Part shown: in pieces, positions 19,446 through 24,653 of the stretch
Layout: the number at the start of each line of letters is the position of its first letter
Numbering within the stretch: position 1 is the first letter of the stretch
Origin: Abditibacteriaceae bacterium
Lineage (GTDB): Bacteria; Armatimonadota; Abditibacteriia; Abditibacteriales; Abditibacteriaceae
Direction: 5' to 3'
DNA length: 24,653 bases
Assembly: GCA_031425655.1 (NCBI GenBank)
Contig: JANPJS010000179.1
Location: 1-24,653 of the forward strand
Notes under the pieces: model-generated
Databases searched by the model: none
The model's input: only the letters and a program-made list of their open reading frames with translations
Told to the model about the DNA's origin: nothing
Program-made: the position numbers and the translations under genes

Positions 19446-22400
19446 ATGCGAAGCATAAAGAACTTACTTTGCGCTGTCAGCGGGCTTATGGCGACCTCTT
19501 CTGCCTTCGCCGCGCCGGTGGACTTCGCGCGTGAAGTTCAGCCGATCTTTGAGCAAAATTGCGTTTCATGTCACGGTTCCGCGAAGCAAAGCAGCGGCCT
19601 GCGCCTCGACCGCAAGGCGGATGCGCTGCGCGGCGGCGATTCTGTTAATCCCCTCATCAAACCCGGTGATGCAGCAGGCAGTCCATTACTGCAAATCGTC
19701 GCAGGCCTCAAACCAGACCTCGTCATGCCTCCCAAAGGTAAAAGGCTGTCGTCCGAGCAGATCGCAGTGTTGCGCCGTTGGATTGAGGAAGGTGCTGTCT
19801 GGCCTGAGGATAAAAGCGCCGCGCCTGACAAAAAACACTGGGCATTTCAACCCGTCACGCGCCCGCCGGTGCCGCCATTCTCTGTGCCGGCAGGCCCAAT
19901 GCCGCGAGGCACGCAGCGCACTGTGCCGCACAACGCTATTGATAATTTCACTGCCGCGAAATTAAAAGAAAAAGGGCTTGTGTTATCGCCTGAAGCCGAT
20001 AAACGCACGCTGCTGCGGCGCCTTTATTTTACGCTGACCGGGCTGCCCCCGGAGCCTCAGGAACTCGCCCGTTTCGTCGCCGACCGCGACGCGCGAGCTT
20101 ATGAAAAAAGGGTTGAGCTGCTGCTGGATTCGCCGCGCTATGGCGAACGTTGGGCACGCCACTGGTTAGATGTGGTGCGCTTCGCCGAAAGTAACGGTTT
20201 CGAGATGAACCGTCCGCGCGGCAATGCCTGGCCTTATCGTGACTACGTAATCCGCGCCTTCAACGAAGACAAGAGCTATGATCGCTTTATCATCGAGCAA
20301 ATCGCCGGAGATCAGTTGGGAACGGATGCGGCGACCTGCTTTTTGGTGGGAGGGGCATGGGACGAGGTCAAAAGCCCCGATCCGGTTCTGACCGCACAGC
20401 AACGCGCTGACGAGTTGCACGATATAGTCAGCACGACAGGCAGCGCGTTTTTGGGTCTGACGGTCGGTTGTGCGCGTTGCCATACCCATAAATTCGACCC
20501 AATTCCTCACACCGATTATTATCGTTTCACCGCCTCCTTCGCCGGTGTGCAGCACGGAGAACGGGCCATGCTTCCTGCCGACTTCACGGACAGGCTGCAA
20601 AAAGCCGCTGCGCTGCGCCGTCAAGCTGCCGCGCTGGACACGCAGCTTGAAAAATTTCGTCCGGCGGCGCGTCTGGGTCGCCGCCTGCTGCTGGACGACA
20701 ATGGCCGTCTCAACCTCACTCCATCCGAATCTTCCGTAGCAGCCACTCCGTCGGTGCGGGCCATCGAGTCGCCGACTAACAAAGAGGCCATTGAATATTC
20801 GCGTGGCATCGAACGTGGCCAGATGAACGATCCCGGCGACCTCGCGCGCCTGCCGAATCTCGGTCTGAAATATCACTACTGGGACTCGGTGAAGGGCGAA
20901 CATCACGACTTCTTTCGCTGGAACCCAGGCTTGAACGGGCACTTTCGCATTTGGCTTTCGTGGGCGGTGTGGACAACGCACACTCCCGACGCGCGTTATG
21001 TGCTTGACCTCGATGGCAACCTGATTACGACTAATGACCAGACCGAAATCGCCATCGTGAACCAGAGCCAGTTTGCCGACGGCACACCAGCCATTGCCGG
21101 ACAAAAACGATGGAGCAACTTTAAATTTGGCGGCCTGCATCAGTTGCAACCCGGTTCGTGCATCGTTTTGCGCGGTGGCGATCAAGGTGGCCCAATCGTA
21201 GCCGATGCGCTGTTGTTGGAGGAAGTAGCGGATGAAAACTCTTCGCCGTTACCCCACCTACGCGCCCCGGTGACGCGATGGGCCAACGCGGAAAGCTTCG
21301 CGGAATTGGAAGCACGGTTCGTGCGCTTCAGCATTAGCGCCGCGAGTAGCGCTGAGCCATGCTTGGACGAGCTGGAAATCTTTGCTGCGGATGCACCAGA
21401 TGGCATCCCTCGCAACGTTGCACTGGCCTCAGTCGGTGCCAAAGCGACCGCGTCGGGCACGCTGCCGGGCCACGCGATTCACAAACTCGAACATATCAAT
21501 GATGGGCGCTTCGGCAATCGCTTCAGTTGGATTTCCAATGAGGCCGGGCGCGGTTGGATACAGATCAAACTCGCCGGAGTCGAGCGCATTAACCGCATAG
21601 TTTGGAGCCGTGATCGTGATACAGACCCTTTGGAAGGGCATTTTGACGACCGTCTGGCGACGGGTTATACCATCGAAGTCTCATTGGATGGCCAGACTTG
21701 GCGCAAAGTCGCTGCATCCGTTGATCGTCTGCCCGATGAATTCCGCACCCGCATAGTGCAGTTTCCGGCATTATACGGGGTTGCCGATGCAGAGCAGGCC
21801 GCAACGGCGCGCCTTGTGGCGCAACACGCGGCGGCTCAAAGCAAAGCTCGTGAACTGGAGCAAAGGCCAGCCGTATATGCGGGCCGGTTTCAGCAGCCGG
21901 AAGTCACGCACCGGCTGGATCGCGGCGACCCATTGCAGCCTAAAGAACCCGTCGCGCCGGGCACGCTTTCAGCATTCGGCACCGCTGTGGAATTGGCCGT
22001 AGACGCACCGGAAGCCGAGCGACGGCTGACACTGGCCAAGTGGATCGCCAGCCCGCAAAACCCTCTGACTGCGCGTGTGATGGTCAACCGGCTGTGGCAC
22101 TATAATTTCGGCACCGGCCTTTTAGATACGCCCAGCGACTTTGGTCTTAACGGCGGCAAGCCGACGCATCCCGAACTGCTTGACTGGCTGGCCTCAGAGT
22201 TCGTTTCCAGTGGCTGGAGCATCAAGCATATGCAGCGTCTCATGGTTACCAGTGCGACGTTCCGACAAAGCAGCAAGCCGAATGCGAAAGCTCTGGCTGC
22301 CGACGCGGACACGCGATTTTTGTGGCGCTTTCCACCACGCCGCATCGAAGCCGAAGCGTTGCGCGATACCATTCTTTCCGTCAGCGGCAGGCTGGATTTG

Positions 22401-22853
22401 CGTATGGGAGGGCCGGGTTTTGAATTATTTGAGCCAAATGACAACTACGTCAAGGTTTATAAACCCAAGCAGTCTTTCGGTGACGAAACCTTCCGGCGGA
22501 TGATTTATCAGAACAAACCGCGCCTGCAACTTGACGATACCTTCGGTTCTTTCGATTGCCCTGATGCCGGGCAAATTGCGCCCCGCCGCAACCGCTCGAT
22601 TACGCCGATACAAGCATTGGGCTTGCTGAATAGCCCCTTTTTAGTGCAGCAATCCGATTTAATGGCTGCTCGCATCGAGCGCGAAGTGGGACACAATCCG
22701 CAAGCAAAGGTGCAACGCACGTTTCAGTTGACTTTGGGACGCGAAGCGTCTCCCGAAGAAGCCAAAGCGGCCCTCGCGTTGATCGGTGAGCATGGCTTGT
22801 CGGCGTGCTGCCGTGCGCTTTTCAACGCCAGCGAGTTTATGTATGTGTTTTAG
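19446..22853 (+). CDS. PSD1 / planctomycete cytochrome c protein with golvesin-like and discoidin-like inserts
   Basis: Signal peptide (AFA). VDFAREVQPIF..NCVSCH, SPRYGERWARHWLDVVR, CARCHTHKFDP, PTHPELLDWLA, QALGLLN, and a ~450-aa beta-rich insert. Confidence 0.92.
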   Translation: MRSIKNLLCAVSGLMATSSAFAAPVDFAREVQPIFEQNCVSCHGSAKQSSGLRLDRKADALRGGDSVNPLIKPGDAAGSPLLQIVAGLKPDLVMPPKGKRLSSEQIAVLRRWIEEGAVWPEDKSAAPDKKHWAFQPVTRPPVPPFSVPAGPMPRGTQRTVPHNAIDNFTAAKLKEKGLVLSPEADKRTLLRRLYFTLTGLPPEPQELARFVADRDARAYEKRVELLLDSPRYGERWARHWLDVVRFAESNGFEMNRPRGNAWPYRDYVIRAFNEDKSYDRFIIEQIAGDQLGTDAATCFLVGGAWDEVKSPDPVLTAQQRADELHDIVSTTGSAFLGLTVGCARCHTHKFDPIPHTDYYRFTASFAGVQHGERAMLPADFTDRLQKAAALRRQAAALDTQLEKFRPAARLGRRLLLDDNGRLNLTPSESSVAATPSVRAIESPTNKEAIEYSRGIERGQMNDPGDLARLPNLGLKYHYWDSVKGEHHDFFRWNPGLNGHFRIWLSWAVWTTHTPDARYVLDLDGNLITTNDQTEIAIVNQSQFADGTPAIAGQKRWSNFKFGGLHQLQPGSCIVLRGGDQGGPIVADALLLEEVADENSSPLPHLRAPVTRWANAESFAELEARFVRFSISAASSAEPCLDELEIFAADAPDGIPRNVALASVGAKATASGTLPGHAIHKLEHINDGRFGNRFSWISNEAGRGWIQIKLAGVERINRIVWSRDRDTDPLEGHFDDRLATGYTIEVSLDGQTWRKVAASVDRLPDEFRTRIVQFPALYGVADAEQAATARLVAQHAAAQSKARELEQRPAVYAGRFQQPEVTHRLDRGDPLQPKEPVAPGTLSAFGTAVELAVDAPEAERRLTLAKWIASPQNPLTARVMVNRLWHYNFGTGLLDTPSDFGLNGGKPTHPELLDWLASEFVSSGWSIKHMQRLMVTSATFRQSSKPNAKALAADADTRFLWRFPPRRIEAEALRDTILSVSGRLDLRMGGPGFELFEPNDNYVKVYKPKQSFGDETFRRMIYQNKPRLQLDDTFGSFDCPDAGQIAPRRNRSITPIQALGLLNSPFLVQQSDLMAARIEREVGHNPQAKVQRTFQLTLGREASPEEAKAALALIGEHGLSACCRALFNASEFMYVF

Positions 22854-23038
22854 AGTCTGTGCTCAAAAAGAGTTATCCAGTCCGTTGCCATTGGATGGCA
22901 AAAAATTGAGTGGCAAAAAATGGTGAAAAAGTGGAATTTCTCATCCGAAATGCCATGGATGCCCTTATTTTTTGCCACTCAATTTTTTGCCGTCGGACCG
23001 TTTTCATCCAAATAACTTTATTCGAGCACAGACTCTTA
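22850..23038. mobile_element. MITE-like element (22853-23035) with TTA target duplication and internal 25-bp inverted repeat
   Basis: tta|GAGTCTGTGCTC ... GAGCACAGACTC|tta. Perfect internal arms ggcaaaaaattgagtggcaaaaaat (22897-22921) and its reverse complement (22967-22991). Confidence 0.85.
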
Positions 23039-23076
23039 AAGAGGAACGCCATAAATGCTATGGTGAGTGATCTATT

Positions 23077-24564
23077 ATGAGTGTTCCGCCGCTGTCACAC
23101 GCAGGTCGCCATTTAATGCATCGCCGGCAATTTTTGCGTTTGGCAGGCACCGGATTGGGCGGCATAGCGCTGACCACGCTGCTGGCGGAGCAACGCTTGT
23201 TGGCCGCCGACAACACTCCGATGCGCCCCGCGATAGACAGCGCGCATCCTTTCTCACCGCGCCCGCCACACTTCAAGCCGCGCGCGAAACGCGTGCTGAT
23301 GATTTTTTGCTCCGGTGCGCTAAGCCACATTGACACCTTCGATTACAAGCCGGAACTGATCAAGCGCCACGATATGCCATTGCCCGGCAGTGACAAAATC
23401 GTCACTTTTCAGGGCGCTCAGGGCAACCTTGTTAAGCCTTTGTGGGAATTCAAACCGCGTGGGCAGAGCGGCAAAATGGTCAGCGATCTGCTGCCGCGTC
23501 TGGCGGAATTAGCCGATGAGATGTGCTTCATCCACTCTATGACGGCGAAGTCAAATACGCACGGCCCGGCAGAAAACCAGATGAGCACCGGATTTACCTT
23601 AGATGGGTTTCCCGGTATCGGTTGCTGGGCGACCTACGCGCTGGGGTCGGAAAACCAAAATCTGCCGGCCTTTGTCGCTATTCCCGATCCGCGAGGCGTG
23701 CCGCAGACAGGGCCGAACCAATGGAATTCGGCGTTTTTGCCGGCGACGTTTCAAGGCGTCGCATTCAACGCCGATAAAGCAATCCCACATCTTTCTCGTC
23801 CATCCGCTATCAGCCAAACCGCCGACGGCGCGACGCGCGATTTCCTAAAACTACTCAACGACCGTCACCTCACAGCGCATCCCGGCGACAAAGAACTGGC
23901 GGCGCGCATCGCCTCGTATGAAATGGCGGCGCGTATGCAACTGGCGGCCCCCGAAGTGTCCAGCGTTGAGGGCGAAAGCACCGCCACGTTGGAGCTTTAC
24001 GGAATCAATGACACCAACAAAGTGAAGGCGGGCTTCGCCAAAAACTGCCTGTTGGCGCGGCGCCTCATCGAGCGCGGCGTGCGCTTTGTGCAGTTATTCA
24101 ACGGCGCCTACGCTATGGGTGAGGGAGTAGGGAACTGGGATGGCCATAAGCAAATTGTCGAGCAATACAATGTGCATGGCCCGATTTTAGACCAGCCCTG
24201 CGCGGCGTTACTGCGCGATATGAAAGAGCGCGGCCTGCTGGCTGATACATTAGTGGTATTCGTCACCGAATTTGGGCGAATGCCGACTTTCCAAAAGGGC
24301 GCCAGCGGGCGTGACCACAATCCGCAGGGCTTTACGGTGTGGTTGGCCGGTGCGGGCGTCAAACACGCTTTCAGCTACGGCGCGACCGATGAATTCGGCT
24401 ACAAAGCGACGCAAAACGTCACGACCATTTACGATTTGCACGCCACGATTTTGCACCTTCTTGGTCTCGACCACGAACGCCTTAGCTTCTACCACAACGG
24501 CATCGAACGCCGCCTGACTGATGTGCATGGCGAGGTTATCAAGGCCGTGTTAAGTAGTCTGTAA
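23077..24564 (+). CDS. DUF1501 domain protein (sulfatase-like fold), Tat-type N-terminus
   Basis: [67 protein letters not shown]. Confidence 0.92.
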   Translation: MSVPPLSHAGRHLMHRRQFLRLAGTGLGGIALTTLLAEQRLLAADNTPMRPAIDSAHPFSPRPPHFKPRAKRVLMIFCSGALSHIDTFDYKPELIKRHDMPLPGSDKIVTFQGAQGNLVKPLWEFKPRGQSGKMVSDLLPRLAELADEMCFIHSMTAKSNTHGPAENQMSTGFTLDGFPGIGCWATYALGSENQNLPAFVAIPDPRGVPQTGPNQWNSAFLPATFQGVAFNADKAIPHLSRPSAISQTADGATRDFLKLLNDRHLTAHPGDKELAARIASYEMAARMQLAAPEVSSVEGESTATLELYGINDTNKVKAGFAKNCLLARRLIERGVRFVQLFNGAYAMGEGVGNWDGHKQIVEQYNVHGPILDQPCAALLRDMKERGLLADTLVVFVTEFGRMPTFQKGASGRDHNPQGFTVWLAGAGVKHAFSYGATDEFGYKATQNVTTIYDLHATILHLLGLDHERLSFYHNGIERRLTDVHGEVIKAVLSSL

Positions 24565-24653
24565 TTTAAAGTCCGGTGTCTTGGAGGAGCGGGGCTAACG
24601 CCCACTTCCAAACAGTGCAGTCAACGTAAGAACTAACTCGTTTGGAAGTGGGC
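24551..24653. mobile_element. MITE-like element copy 2, inverted relative to copy 1 (cut by window end)
   Basis: Matches the reverse complement of 5739-5841 with 5 mismatches in 103 nt by manual alignment. Confidence 0.85.

Overview
GC-rich bacterial window with no rRNA, tRNA or CRISPR array recognised. It has three parts. (1) 132-3455: a minus-strand operon encoding a membrane protein built from three ~4-TM repeats, a B12-binding radical SAM enzyme and an SRPBCC/START-fold protein. (2) 3450-5692: a decayed plasmid/mobile-element patch with a res-like inverted repeat, a frameshifted serine resolvase, an antitoxin/PIN fusion remnant, a 56-aa zinc-ribbon gene missed by the ORF track, a double-HTH protein, a small hypothetical and a MITE-truncated ORF. 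(3) 5890-24564: an ~18.7 kb mirror-symmetric cluster with two outward-pointing PSD1/planctomycete-cytochrome-c + DUF1501 pairs. These enclose three PhyH-like Fe/2OG oxygenases (one with HxG instead of HxD), a Tat-exported TIM-barrel isomerase, a DegT-type aminotransferase, a neutral-ceramidase-like hydrolase and a secreted beta-propeller. The cluster is bracketed by two ~95% identical inverted copies of a MITE-like element. Five small elements of four sequence types share one architecture: IS-like terminal inverted repeats wrapped around a REP-like hairpin doublet. Both window ends fall inside such elements. All family assignments come from motif recognition by eye; no searches were run.
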